NCBI GenBank assembly: GCA_018398765.1
Contig: JAHBMJ010000113.1
Location: 62,001 to 126,000 of the forward strand
Direction: 5' to 3'
Length of the DNA: 64,000 bases
Origin: Chromera velia
Lineage: Eukaryota
The translations under genes and the position numbers were made by a program. How positions within the stretch are numbered: the stretch's first letter is position 1; each line of letters opens with the position of its first letter. Below are positions 1 through 11,784 of this stretch, piece by piece. The notes under the pieces were generated by a model. It searched no databases. It worked only from the letters and a program-made list of their open reading frames with translations, and was not told where the DNA came from.

Positions 1-199
1 AACTACCTAGAGTTCCTTCTTCATTATGACCCAATGTCTCTTGAAGTCATATGTCTATCAATTTCTTTTCCACCTCCATCGATGCTTTAATTCATTGTCC
101 TCTCCATTTCATCTCCAGGGCCTCAGGGCCTCTCTGCTGTCCTCCCCTTGTGCCTTCGTTCATTCAATGCCATTCTCTCATGAGTGGCTTCTTTGTGTC

Positions 200-1517
200 C
201 TTGTTTCTTTCTTTCTTTCTTTCTTTCCTTTCTTTCTTTTTTTCTTGTTCTTTCCTCCTTTATTTTTTTCTTGCTTCTGTCGCTTCCTTCTTTGGTTCTC
301 GCTGTCTGTCTGTCTGGTTTTCTTTCTTTCCCTCCTTTCTTTCCTTTCCTTTCTTTTCATGCCTTCGTGCTTCTTCTTTCTTCGGGCCCCTCTCTTTGTC
401 TTTCTGTCTGAGACTACTTATTTTTTCTCTTTTTTTCTTTCTTTCTTTCTTTCTTTCTTTCTTTTTTTCTTTCTTTCTTTCTCCTGTCGGCAGGTTCGTG
501 TGCACTTCTCAAGCATCACTGCTGACTACATTCGGCGTGGTGGACCAACACCTGCGCACCCGGAAGGAAAAGTGCCGAGAAGATGAATCTGGAGGTCTTC
601 AAGACATCGGTTGCTGTCTTGCTTTTTTATCGGCGGGGGCGTCCTTTGTGCAAGGAGGTGGGCCTTCTACGCTCGGAGTCCTGCTTCACGTACTCCACAT
701 CCCTTTTGCTTTGATTTTCTTCCATTGTTCGCCAGCCGCCCTTTTCTAACAGTGGCAAGCAAGAGGCATCGCGATGTTAGTACCAAACCACTTGTTCAGA
801 AAACCTCTTTGTAGAGACTACGGGAATCAAAGTAGTGATGTGCCGACTGAGGACACGTCGTGTTCCGTATTAAAGCGTACCGACGATTGCTGCGAGGCGT
901 GGTTTCTACGTGAATCCCCACGTTACCGCATTGCTTTCTGCACCCATATAGACTGCCCTGTCCTCTGGTAAATCAGCCCCCCAGTCTGGGTAGCAGTGTC
1001 ACGACCTGCCGTGAGTATGCTTGTCTCGCATGCGCAGAGGGGATAGGGGGGCGGGGGGCGGGCACATTTATTCTTTCTCTGCCTGTGTGTCTGCCTGCTT
1101 GTCTGTCTGTCTATAGGTCTCTCTGTGTCAGCAGGTGCATGGCGGCCTTCTCACAGTTGTCAGGTCTGGGTGGTCACTATAGTTGGCAAAATCATTATGG
1201 CGTAGACCACCATCAACTGCGTGTCAGGTGTGGAAGACGACAAGTAGATGCGTCGGGAGGGCTGTATGACGCCTCGATAGTTGGAGAGAAATGGAGAAGG
1301 TTGGTTCTTCAGGATATACTTAAGCGCATGACCGATGGAGACTGACCACCAAGAAAGTCTTTAAGCTACCCGTCGGGCCGGCCAATCATTCCGTTGTTCT
1401 TCGTTCTTCCTTTCCAGGAAGGCTTCCGTCAGCCGAGGACAGAATCGTGTCTCTCTTCCTTTCGTCAGGGTTTTGTGGTTATTTCGATGAGGAGACACGG
1501 GCATTCCAGAGAGAGGA

Positions 1518-1549
<32 letters not shown>

Positions 1550-4088
1550 GGACGGAGAGAGGAAGACAGACAGACAGACAGACAGACAGACACACAGGCG
1601 TGAAGACAAAGAGATGGAGAGAAGCGCAAAACGTGCCTTTCTTTTTCTTCCTTCCTTCCTTCCTTCCTTCCTTCTTTCTTTTTTTCTTTCTTTCTTTCTT
1701 TCTTTCTTTTTTTTTTTCTTTCTTTCTTTCTTTCTCCTTTTGGCAGGTTTGTGTGCACTTCTCAAACATCACTGCTGACTACATTTGGCGTGGTGGACCA
1801 ACACCTGCGCACCCGGAAGGAAAAGTGCTGAGGAGATGAATCTGGAGGTCTTCAAGACATTGGTTGCTGTCTTGCTTCTTCATTGGCATATTCCGCAGAG
1901 GCAAACCGGCGGGGGTGTCCTTTATGCAAAGGGTGGGCCTTCTATGCTCGGAGTCCTGCTTCACGCGCTCCGCATCCCTTTTACTTTGATTTTCTTCCGT
2001 TGTTCCCCAGCCGCCCTTTTCCAACAGTGGTAAGCAAGAGGCATCGCGATGTTGGTACCAAACCACTTGTTCAGAAAACCTCTTTGTAGAGACTACGGGA
2101 ATCAAAGTAGTGATATGCCGACTGAGGACACGTCGCGTTCCGTATTAAAGTGTACCGACGATTGCGGCAAGGCGTCGTTTCTATGTGAATCCCCGCATTG
2201 CCGCATTGCTTTCTACACCCATACAGACTGCCCTGTCCTCTGGTAAATCAGCCCCCCAGTCTGGGTAGCAGTGTCACGACCTGCCGTGAGTATGCTTGTC
2301 TCGCATGCGCAGAGGGGACAGGGGGGCAGGGGGTGGGCACATTTGTTCTTTCTCTGTCTGTGTGTCTGCCTGCTTGTCTATCTATCTATAGGTCTTTCTG
2401 TGTCAGCAGGTGCGTGGCGGCCTTCTCACAGTTGTCAAGTCTGGGTAGTCACTATAGTTGGCAAAATCATTATGGCGTAGACCACCATCAACTGCGTGTC
2501 AGGTGTGGAAGGCGACAAGTAGATGCATCGGGAGGGCTGTATGACACCCCGATGGTTGGAGAGAAATGGAGAAGGTTGGTTCTTCAGGATATACTTAAGC
2601 GCATGACCGATAGAGACTGACCACCAAGAAAGTCTTTAAGCTACCCGTCGGGCTGGCCAGTCATTCTGTTGTTCTTCGTTCTTCCTTTCCAGGAAGGCTT
2701 CCGTCAGCCGAGGACAGAATCGTGTCTCTCTTCCTTTTGTCAGGGTTTTGTGGTTGTTTCGATGAGGAGGTACGGGCATTCCAGAGAGAGGAAGACAAAC
2801 AGACAGAGAGACAGACAGACGGACAGAGAGAGAAAGACAGACAGACATACATACAGGCGTAAAGACGAAGAGATGGAGAGAGACGCAAAACGTGCCTTTC
2901 TTTCTTTCTTTCTTTCTTTCTCCTGTCGGCAGGTTCGTGTGCACTTCTCAAGCATCACTGCTGACTACATTCAGCGTGGTGGACCAACACCTGCGCACCC
3001 GGAAGGAAAAGTGCCGAGGAGATGGATCTGGAGGTCTTCAAGACATCAATTGCTGTCCTTCTTCTTCATCGGCATATTCCGCAGAGGCAAACCGGCGGGG
3101 GCGTCCTTTGTGCAGGGGGTGGGCCTTCTACGCTCGGAGTCCTGCTTCACGCGCTCCACATCCCTTTTGCTTTGATTTTCTTCCGTTGTTCGCCAGCCGC
3201 CCTTTTCCAACAGTGGCAAGCAAGAGGCATCGTGATGTTGGTACCAAACCACTTGTTCAGAAAACCTCTTTGTAGAGACTACGGGAATCAAAGTAGTGAT
3301 GTGCCGACTGAGGACACGTCGCGTCCCGTACTAAAGCATACCGACGATTGCTGCAAGGCGTCGTTTCTACGTGAATCCCCGCGTTGCCGCATTGCTTTCT
3401 GCATCCATACAGACTGCCCTGTCCTCTGGTAAATCAGCCTCCCAGTCTGGGTAGCAGTGTCACGACCTGCCGTGAGTGTGCTTGTCTCGCATGCGCAGAG
3501 GGGACAGGGGGGCGGGGGGCAGGCACATTTGTTCTTTCTCTGCCTGTGTGTCTGCCTGCCTGTCTGTCTGTCTATAGGTCTTTCTGTGTCAGCAGGTGCG
3601 TGGCGGCCTTCTCACAGTTGTCAGGTCCGGGTGGTCACTATAGTTGGCAAAATCATTATGGCGTAGACCACCATCAACTGCGTGTCAGGTGTGGAAGACG
3701 ACAAGTAGATGCGTCGGGAGGGCTGTATGACGCCCCGATGGTTGGAGAGAAATGGAAAAGGTTGGTTCTTTAGGATATACTTAAGCGCATGACCGATGGA
3801 GACTGACCACCAAGAAAGTCTTTAAGCTACCCGTCGGGCTGGCCAGTCATTCCGTTGTTCTTCGTTCTTCCTTTCCAGGAAGGCTTCCGTCAGCCGAGGA
3901 CAGAATCGTGTCTCTCTTCCTTTTGTCAGGGTTTTGTGGTTGTTTCGATGAGGAGGCACAGGCATTCCAGAGAGAGGAAGACAAACAGACAGACAGACCG
4001 ACAGACAGACAGACGGACAGAGAGAGGAAGACAGACAGATACACAGACAGGCGTGAAGACAAAGAGATGGAGAGAAATGCAAAACGTG

Positions 4089-4119
<31 letters not shown>

Positions 4120-5345
4120 CCTGTCGGCAGGTTCGTGTGCACTTCTCAAGCATCACTGCTGACTACATTCGGCGTGGTGGACCAACACCTACGCACTCGG
4201 AAGGGAAAGTGCCGAGGAGATGGATCTGGAGGTCTTCAAGACATCGGTTGCTGTCCTTCTTCTTCATCGGCATATTCCGCAGAGGCAAACCGGCGGGGGT
4301 GTCCTTTGTGCAAGGAGGTGGGCCTTCTACGCTCGGAGTCCTGCTTCACGTGCTCCGCATCCCTTTTGCTTTGATTTTCTTCCATTGTTCGCCAGCCGCC
4401 CTTTTCCAACAGTGGCAAGCAAGAGGCATCGCGATGTTGGTACCAAACCACTTGTTCAGAAAACCTCTTTGTAGAGACTACGGGAATCAAAGTAGTGATG
4501 TGCCGACTGAGGACACGTCGCGTTCCGTATTAAAGCGTACCGACGATTGCTGCGAGCCGTCGTTTCTACGTGAATCCCCGCGTTGCCGCATTGCTTTCTG
4601 CACCCATACAGACTGCCCTGTCCTCTGGTAAATCAGCCCCCCAGTCTGGGTAGCAGTGTCACGACCTGCCGTGAGTGTGCTTGTCTCGCATGCGCAGAGG
4701 GGACAGGGGGGCGGGGGGGGGGCACATTTATTCTTTCTCTGCCTGTGTGTCTGCCTGCCTGTCTGTCTGTCTATAGGTCTTTCTGTGTCAGCAGGTGCGT
4801 GGCGGCCTTCTCACAGTTGTCAGGTCCGGGTGGTCACTATAGTTGGCAAAATCATTATGGCGTAGACCACCATCAACTGCGTGTCAGGTGTGGAAGACGA
4901 CAAGTAGATGCATCGGGAGGGCTGTATGACGCCCCGATGGTTGGAGAGAAATGGAGAAGGTTGGTTCTTCAGGATATACTTAAGCGCATGACCGATGGAG
5001 ACTGACCATCAAGAAAGTCTTTAAGCTACCCGTTGGGCTGGCCAGTCATTCCGTTGTTCTTCGTTCTTCCTTTCCAGGAAGGCTTCCGTCAGCCGAGGAC
5101 AGAATCGTGTCTCTCTTCCTTTCATCAGGGTTTTGTGGTTGTTTCGATGAGGAGGTACGGGCATTCCAGAGAGAGGAAGACAAACAGACAGAGAGACAGA
5201 CAGACGGACAGAGAGAGGAAGACAGACAGACAGACACACAGACTGACAGACAGACAGGCGTGAAGACGAAGAGAGGGAGAGAGACGCAAAACGTGCCTTT
5301 CTTTCTTTCTTTCTTTTTTTTTTTTCTTTCTTTCTTCTTTCTTTT

Positions 5346-5377
<32 letters not shown>

Positions 5378-5600
5378 TTTCTTTCTTTCTTTTCTTTCGT
5401 TCTTTCTTTCTTTCTTTTTCTTTCTTTCTTTCTTTTTCTTTCTTTCTTTCTTCCTTCCTTCCTTCCTTCCTTCCTTCCTGCGTTCCCTCTTTCTTTCTTT
5501 CTTTCTCCTGTCGGCAGGTTCGTGTGCACTTCTCAAGCATCACTGCTGACTACATTCGGCGTGGTGGACCAACACCTGCGCACCCGGAAGGAAAAATGCC
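200..5600 (+). repeat. Tandem array of ~1.2-1.4 kb units (4 full + 1 partial), each two degenerate exons and two microsatellite introns
   Basis: The block GTTCGTGTGCACTTCTCAAGCATCAC (or a close variant) starts at 494, 1747, 2933, 4131 and 5518, each after a polypyrimidine tract + CAG. GTGAGT donors lie at 1011, 2286, 3472 and 4671. GAG|GTACGG donors lie at 2770 and 5155. Unit length varies mainly in the (TTTC)n/(GACA)n tracts. Confidence 0.93.
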
Positions 5601-6261
5601 GATCAAAGAAAAGTGCTAACACCATGACGGAAAATTCCGAGAAAATTGAGAAAAAATAGAAAATCATCTTCAGACATTAAAGTCAAGGCAATTCAAGGCA
5701 CTCACCGTCAAGATTGTTTATAAAACTTTTCAAGACACTCCCTTTTGATAACTCGTACAGTGATTTGTTGGAAAAGCAGTTCATATTTTTTGTAAACATT
5801 ACATTTTACTTTATGAGTGTTTTTTTAGTATGCAAATGTTAGGTTTGCCTACTAGTGGCCTAATCCCAGTCATCATCCTTTCTAGCGGCCTGCATTGCTG
5901 AACTGAAACACCTAGCTCTCCTCTATCTGTTTGTGAAGTCGTCGTTCTCCTTACATGTAGTAGAGAAATGTTTGCGGTCTATGAATATATGTAAGCTTTC
6001 AGTGTATCACGCACTTTTAATTGTTAGCATTTTTGTTGCTAACATCTCTGTTCTCTTGCACATTTAAGTTATAGATTACCACTCTAAGCCACTCTCAATT
6101 TAGCTTTCAATTATTTTCAATACAGTCATTATCATATTAACTAGCATATTAAAAATTCTAGTAAAAATTAAATTAAGAGCGATTATAGGATTACATTGTG
6201 TTCGGGGCTGGAGCACTAGACCTGCGTGCCAGTTATCTGACATCCGCGAGTGCTCTGTTAG

Positions 6262-6886
6262 CTATAGGCTCCCAGGCCGCTCCCTATACGTAAAAAAATA
6301 AAATAGTTGCGTAAACTTGCTTTTACGTTTTTATTTTTTAATTTTTTTTTTAAGCACACACTTCAAGTTCGAAGCTCAAAGCTTAACTGAGCCACAAAAA
6401 TATAATAAAATAATTGACTAATGAGAATGAATCCAGGCTATCATCCAGCCTGGTAGGACGTGGCTGGACCGACACGGTGTGTGCCTCAGCGATAGGATGG
6501 GAGCCAACCCAATGCCGGGGCTGTGTGACTTCCTGCATTATACGCACATGAATGGATCTGAGAGATTCGATGGATTGAAGTAGAATGAATATCTGAAATT
6601 GACTCTAAATGACTTAACTTCTAGGAAGAGCGAGGAAGAGGAGCTAGCCTCCTAACAGACAACTGATCTTTTCTGTTGTTCATTGTGTTCTTTCCTGTTG
6701 GGCTCTCTCAAATCCTTTATCCTCTTGCTAGCTGGATTTGGTTCTTCCGGACTCGAGCTTTCTCAACTAAGTTTCAAATTAATTCTGATTAATTGACTAA
6801 TTGACTAACTGACTGTCTAATTCAAGTTTTAGCCTAAATTTACTTATTTTTTGTTTTACATATTGGGACTTATTTGGGAGCCGTAG
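6262..6886. mobile_element. Degenerate non-autonomous element with imperfect terminal inverted repeats
   Basis: CTATAGGCTCCC...TCCCTATACGTAAAAAAATAAAATA at 6262 resembles the reverse complement of 6843-6886 (CTACGGCTCCC...TCCCAATATGTAAAACAAAAAATAA). It interrupts one copy of a local direct repeat. Confidence 0.5.
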
Positions 6887-6896
6887 GGGAACCTAG

Positions 6897-7350
6897 TCTA
6901 TCAGTGGAGGCCATGAACGCTGCAAAGTCTGTGTCATGCAAGGTCTGTTCAGCCTCCACGCTGTGGACTACGCACATTCCCCACGGTACAACGCATTCTT
7001 CTATATTTTATGTATGCAGTAAGCTTATACTGACTGATTGACAGTCAATGACAGATATATCCAGCCATTAAATACTATGCGCGTCACTTCTGCTATAGTT
7101 TTTGTCTACTCAGAGTTTAGTCTAAGCCATTTTCAATTTAGCTTTCAATTACTTTCAATATAGTCATAAGAGTGAGTGCTCTATCAGTTGAGACCATGAA
7201 CGGTGCAAAGTCTGTGTCAGCCTCTACGCACACTCCTAGCGCACACTCCCCAGCATAATGTATTCTTCTACCTTTTATATATGCGTAAGCTTTAATATAC
7301 TGACTGATTGACAGTCAATGAAAGATGCATCCCGCCATTAAATACTGTAT
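6897..7350 (+). repeat. Local direct repeat (~6897-7078 vs ~7180-7347; also 6082-6130 vs 7121-7168)
   Basis: Shared blocks CCATGAACG.TGCAAAGTCTGTGTCA, TATACTGACTGATTGACAGTCAATGA and GCCATTAAATACT. Confidence 0.8.
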
Positions 7351-8979
7351 GCATTGGTTCATGTGCATTTCTATATAATTATAGCTTATAATATATCTAC
7401 TTCTGTCTGCGTGTTTACATGATACAAAGCTGTGCAATCACATGAGGTGGCAGGACTGTCACTGTAACTTCAGACTCATCATGCAGAACCAAATTTTTTA
7501 TCTGACGTATGTAAGCGTGCGAAGGGCCCTCAGGCCGGAAAGCCCTATAGCTTAACATTTATGAAAATTTGTATGAGTCCCAGCCAAAGACTTGGTTGTA
7601 AAGTTTCATATAATCTAGAAAACGAAACCGAGTAAAACTGTATAAAACTGAGAGAGCACTTAAGAAAATTGTACTTCACTATCATGCCATTAGGCCCCTA
7701 TCCCATATAGACACACGCGGACATATGACGTTGATACACGCAAAGCTACGCCCCAGAAAAAAAATTTAGCTGAGAAGGCACTTTAAGTTGCACTTACCAA
7801 ATTTTAACCAGGGGTAAGAAGAACGAAGAAGAATTAATTTCGCTTTCCAGGTTTTTCCTACTAGGGGAATTTCTAATATAAACGGAAAGAGATAGTTAAT
7901 AAAAAGAACGGAAAGGAAAATAAAACAAAAACAAAAAGGTTTTACAAAATTTAATGATCCTATAATGGGTTTTGAAATTCTTTGTCTCCCCTTTTCCACT
8001 CTAAGACTTCTGTGTTTCATCCAGGTTTGTGACTGGTTTGATTAGGTTAAATTTTAATTGTTCTTGAGCCGGTTGTCACATAATTTAGTCTCTTGTTTCT
8101 TCTGTTCGTTTGTCTTTGACATATCGTCTAACTCTGTTTTATCTCTGTCTTACTCCGTCTTGATAAGTTGTGATCCGTTTTAATTAGCATGCTCAATTAC
8201 AGGAATCCAATCGATCTTCACTCGTCTTCACTTGACAATGTCCTGCTTCTACCCACCCTGTTTTATTTTATTTTGCTCTTGCTTGTTCTGGCTTGTTCGG
8301 CAATGCAAGGTAGTCACCCTTGGTAGTGTAATGGAGTGTAATGATTCGATCGATCAATCTAGGCAGTCTCTTCTGAGAAAAAGGGGGTCAAAAAGTATCA
8401 GGAAGTACCCCTCTGGCGGTGGTTAACAGCCGCTAACTTCCAATTGACGGGCTGGGCAGATTTTAAGTTTTTCGGCCTACCGGGGCAACTTCTGGCGCTG
8501 AAAGTGCCCGACGGTGGATTTTGGTGGGCACCGATAGCGCAGTGGGCAGATTTCGGTGCTTTTCATTGGAGCTCTGATCTAGGTTTTGATAAAAAAGTAG
8601 GTAGCATCAGGGAGGTATCAGGAAGGCAAATGGAAGTTACAAAGGAAAGACGGTCTGGGGGCATGAATTTGAAAATATCTCACGAAAGTGAAAGATTTTC
8701 TAAATCTAGTTCTAAATTCATGTAGCACGGCGCTAAGCACGCTTATTGGTTTTTGTCCCCCCACCATAATGATTTTCAAAATCTTCCCGTAACTTTTATT
8801 CACTTCTTGATATTTTTGGCCCCTTTTTTCTGGGGAGAGATCGAAATAAATAGAACGCGATGTTGGGTATGTATGATCAACATAGACTTTGGGGCCTCAG
8901 CCGGGCAGGCTGAGTACACTGTACTACACTGCCTCAGATTGCCTCAGTATACTTTATTACTTAAATCTGTGGGGGAGGA

Positions 8980-9125
8980 TTTCGCTTTCCGGGCTAATGA
9001 TTTGCACGGAGTACACGTCAGATGCGAGGTGCATGGTTGGCCTAAAATTCGAGCCAACCACATGCTGTTTCGGTACATTTTTTTTAAGTGCCCCACGCTA
9101 CGCTTTCCGGGGCCATACGCATATA
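8980..9125 (-). mobile_element. Remnant of short GGCCCCGGAAAGCG-family element (Helitron/Helentron-like, tentative)
   Basis: TAAGTGCCCCACGCTACGCTTTCCGGGGCCAT (from 9085) and TTCGCTTTCCGGG...CGTCAGAT (from 8981) match motifs at 33747-33967 and 56874-57440. Confidence 0.5.
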
Positions 9126-9154
9126 ACAACTGTAGGTGTTGTATGCATGCATAC

Positions 9155-9265
9155 GAGGAGTGATCTTCTCTATCGCACTGATCAACACGTTGAAACTAAC
9201 TGTATCAGGCTCAACTCCTCTACTCTTCATCTCCTCTAGCACTTCTATACAGTGCTGTAAGGCGT
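9155..9265 (-). pseudogene. Pentatricopeptide repeat (PPR) exon fragment
   Basis: Translation EVLEEMKSRGVEPDTVSFNVLISA fits the PPR consensus and is followed by a GTATGC donor. Upstream sequence (to ~10030) is frameshifted and no downstream exon is visible. Confidence 0.55.
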
Positions 9266-10429
9266 AAGACTTGTATATTGTGGATAGAGAGAGAGAGTAT
9301 ATGAGAGAGAGGGGGGGAGTTTGTTTATTGTAGAGAAAAAGAAAAAAAGAGAAAGAGTTAGTGGTTGTCTTTTTGTTTGTTTTGGTGGCTTCAAGATAGA
9401 CTGTTTGGTGCGCCAGCTGAGGAATCTGGCAAACAGTGGAGGAAAGGCGAATCCTGGGATTCTGGCGGGGGGGTATCAGTTCGAGGGTAAGTTCTCTCAT
9501 GATGCAACACTTTTAGCATTGTTTGGTTGAGTTGGAATGTGATTGATGTCCAACTGTTCTCCATCCTATGCATACATCTGCAGGGATGGTCCTCGGGGCT
9601 CACAGTGCCCGATCAAGGGCTTTCCTGGTGCGAGTTGTTGCGCCAGAGCGACGGCCTGCGCTCTTTGAGAGCATTGAATTTCTTGGGAAAGTCCCTAAAA
9701 GAGGGATAGACGGCAACGGCATCTGTATTATTGTGCACAGCCAGGAAGGAATGGAGGTAATCCATTTCTTTCTGGCCAGCAATGGTCATTTTTATGCTCG
9801 GAAGACGTCGGAGGAAGCCCTTACAGCCTCCCTCATGGACATCGTAGGGGCTCTGAGGGTAGGGGGAGGAGCAACTCCGTCGTCGGGGGTGGGGGATACG
9901 GGGGACGAGGCGTCGGGAGGGGTTAGGGAAGGGGAACCTAGAGCGGGAGGGAAGGGGCCTATGGAGCTGTCGACGGGTTCCATGGAAAGAGTCTAGAGAA
10001 TTTCCATTCTTCATATGGCAGAGCACTTTGGAAACTTGGTGGTCAGTGGCCTCTAAATCATTACGAAGTAATTAATCACACTTCGCCTTTGAAGCTTGCT
10101 GCCTGACTGAGCAAGGGAATGACTAAATGGATGCAGGTGCTGGCTACAAACAAATAGATCAATCCAGCCTTTAAGGGCTGAAATAGATGAAAGAATTTCA
10201 GAGAATTGACTAAATGAAGGGGCGAAGAAATAAAACCATGATCAAACAAATGAACAAATAAACGGCCATACAAAAGAAAGAAAGAATGTATAAACAGATG
10301 CAGAACACTCAGATGAAGAGCTGCAGATACTGAGGAAATATTCAGTTGGTGTACATGAGAAGCTAGGAGAAGAGCAAGCCTCCAAAGAAAAGGCTGGTTT
10401 GTGTTTTGCTTTCCCCTTTGTGCCATGTT

Positions 10430-11110
10430 GTTGAATGTACACGCTTATATTCCCTGCAGACTGCCCTTAACGATGCCAGGGGATCTCTCCTTTTCGAGGT
10501 CCTTTTGAACTGTCTCTGCCCTATAAAGTTAGGCCTGCAGGGAAAGAACAAGGCAGAGAGGGAGTGTCAGACAGGCGTAGAGTTTACGACAGGAGGTTTG
10601 CAGATAGCCATGGGCTTTTGGTGTCACACTGAGCGACGACGTCCTTATTTTTTGGTGGCCTCATTTTCCTTCTACAGACACTCAGCAAAAATATTAGAAT
10701 CGATTCGAAGAAGTGTCTGACCTGCTGACAAGTGTATTCGATTGAAGAAGCATTCTAAATTTTTATGTGTGGCTCCAACGTGTAGAAAGCGGAATCTGGG
10801 GAAATGGTCGATCTTCGACTGACAAACGGAGCCGTCCTCTGCCCCGAGCTTCGGTTTTCGCCCAGGTTGTTCTGTCAATCACTTCTATCTTATTCAGAGT
10901 TACTTTCCAAAAGAACAGTTAAGTGGTTCGTTCTCTATTTGTCTGTGCAGGAAGTTGGACAGTGCAAACAAACTCAACTGTTCATCAGATGGTTGTTCTT
11001 TTTTGGTTGTTCATGCAGAGAGGTAAGAGGCTGTTGACCGGTTGCAGTGCCTTTTCCTTGGGCAGCTCTCCGGACAGCTTCTGTGCATTAACATAAGAAA
11101 AGTTCAGATC
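10430..11110 (+). pseudogene. Degenerate exon-like remnants, possibly the 5' part of the LRR-like gene at 22865-27775
   Basis: Short Leu-rich reading frames bounded by AG/GT sites, with in-frame stops. The link to the downstream gene is inferred only. Confidence 0.25.
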
Positions 11111-11274
11111 CTGGGTCAGTTGATCGTCGCGTTGTTCAACCAAGTAAAAAATGTGTGGGGTGGTATAAAAACAAGCGCCCATCTCAAATAGTATCTTTCC
11201 TAAATGTTCTCTTTCATCTTGATTTCTGTGAAAAGCACTATGGGTGGTGTACTTGTTCCGTGGTTTACGGTTTT

Positions 11275-11519
11275 TGTAAGGGCTTAGTATAGGATTGCCC
11301 GCCGCCAGTCCCGCCGTCGCATGATACTGAGATATGCGGCAGGGGTGCGCTCCATACATTGAATTAATTCTGAGTGAGATCTGCATTTGGATACAACAAC
11401 AGACTCAGTCTGAATGACAGAAGAGAAGAAGTTTCTTCTCTCTGTTAGTTCTCTCTCTATAAAACTATGAGACCAAGTAAATCTATGTCTATTGTCTGTT
11501 AGAGTCCAACCACATTTCA
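11275..11519 (+). repeat. 5' LTR (245 bp)
   Basis: TGTAAGGG...ATTTCA. Differs from the 3' LTR by 12 substitutions and 2 indels (manual alignment). Confidence 0.95.
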
Positions 11520-11565
11520 ATTCAGTGTGTCACGATCTGATTGACTCTAGTTTTAATTTCTGAAA

Positions 11566-11784
11566 ATGGTTGAGACTCAAGCAGAGAAGAGAGCAAGGAA
11601 GAAGGCAGAGGAAGCTGCAGCAAAAGCAGCTGCAGCTTTTCCGACAAAAAAAATCGGTGAACGCCCCTCCTTACCGGAAGAATCAGACCTGTTTTTTCCG
11701 GTAACTCTCAGGGGGGGGGGTTACGGCACTACCGGAAATTTGAGGCAGGAAAGAGAGTGGAATGAGGCCAAAAGAGCAGTGTAG
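11566..11784 (+). pseudogene. Probable gag N-terminus, truncated
   Basis: First ATG ORF after the 5' LTR (MVETQAEKRARKK...). It ends where unrelated sequence begins. Confidence 0.5.

Noticed and set aside
26..749. Phe/Leu/Ser-rich membrane-like ORFs
   Set aside because: Read-through of (TTTC)n tracts.
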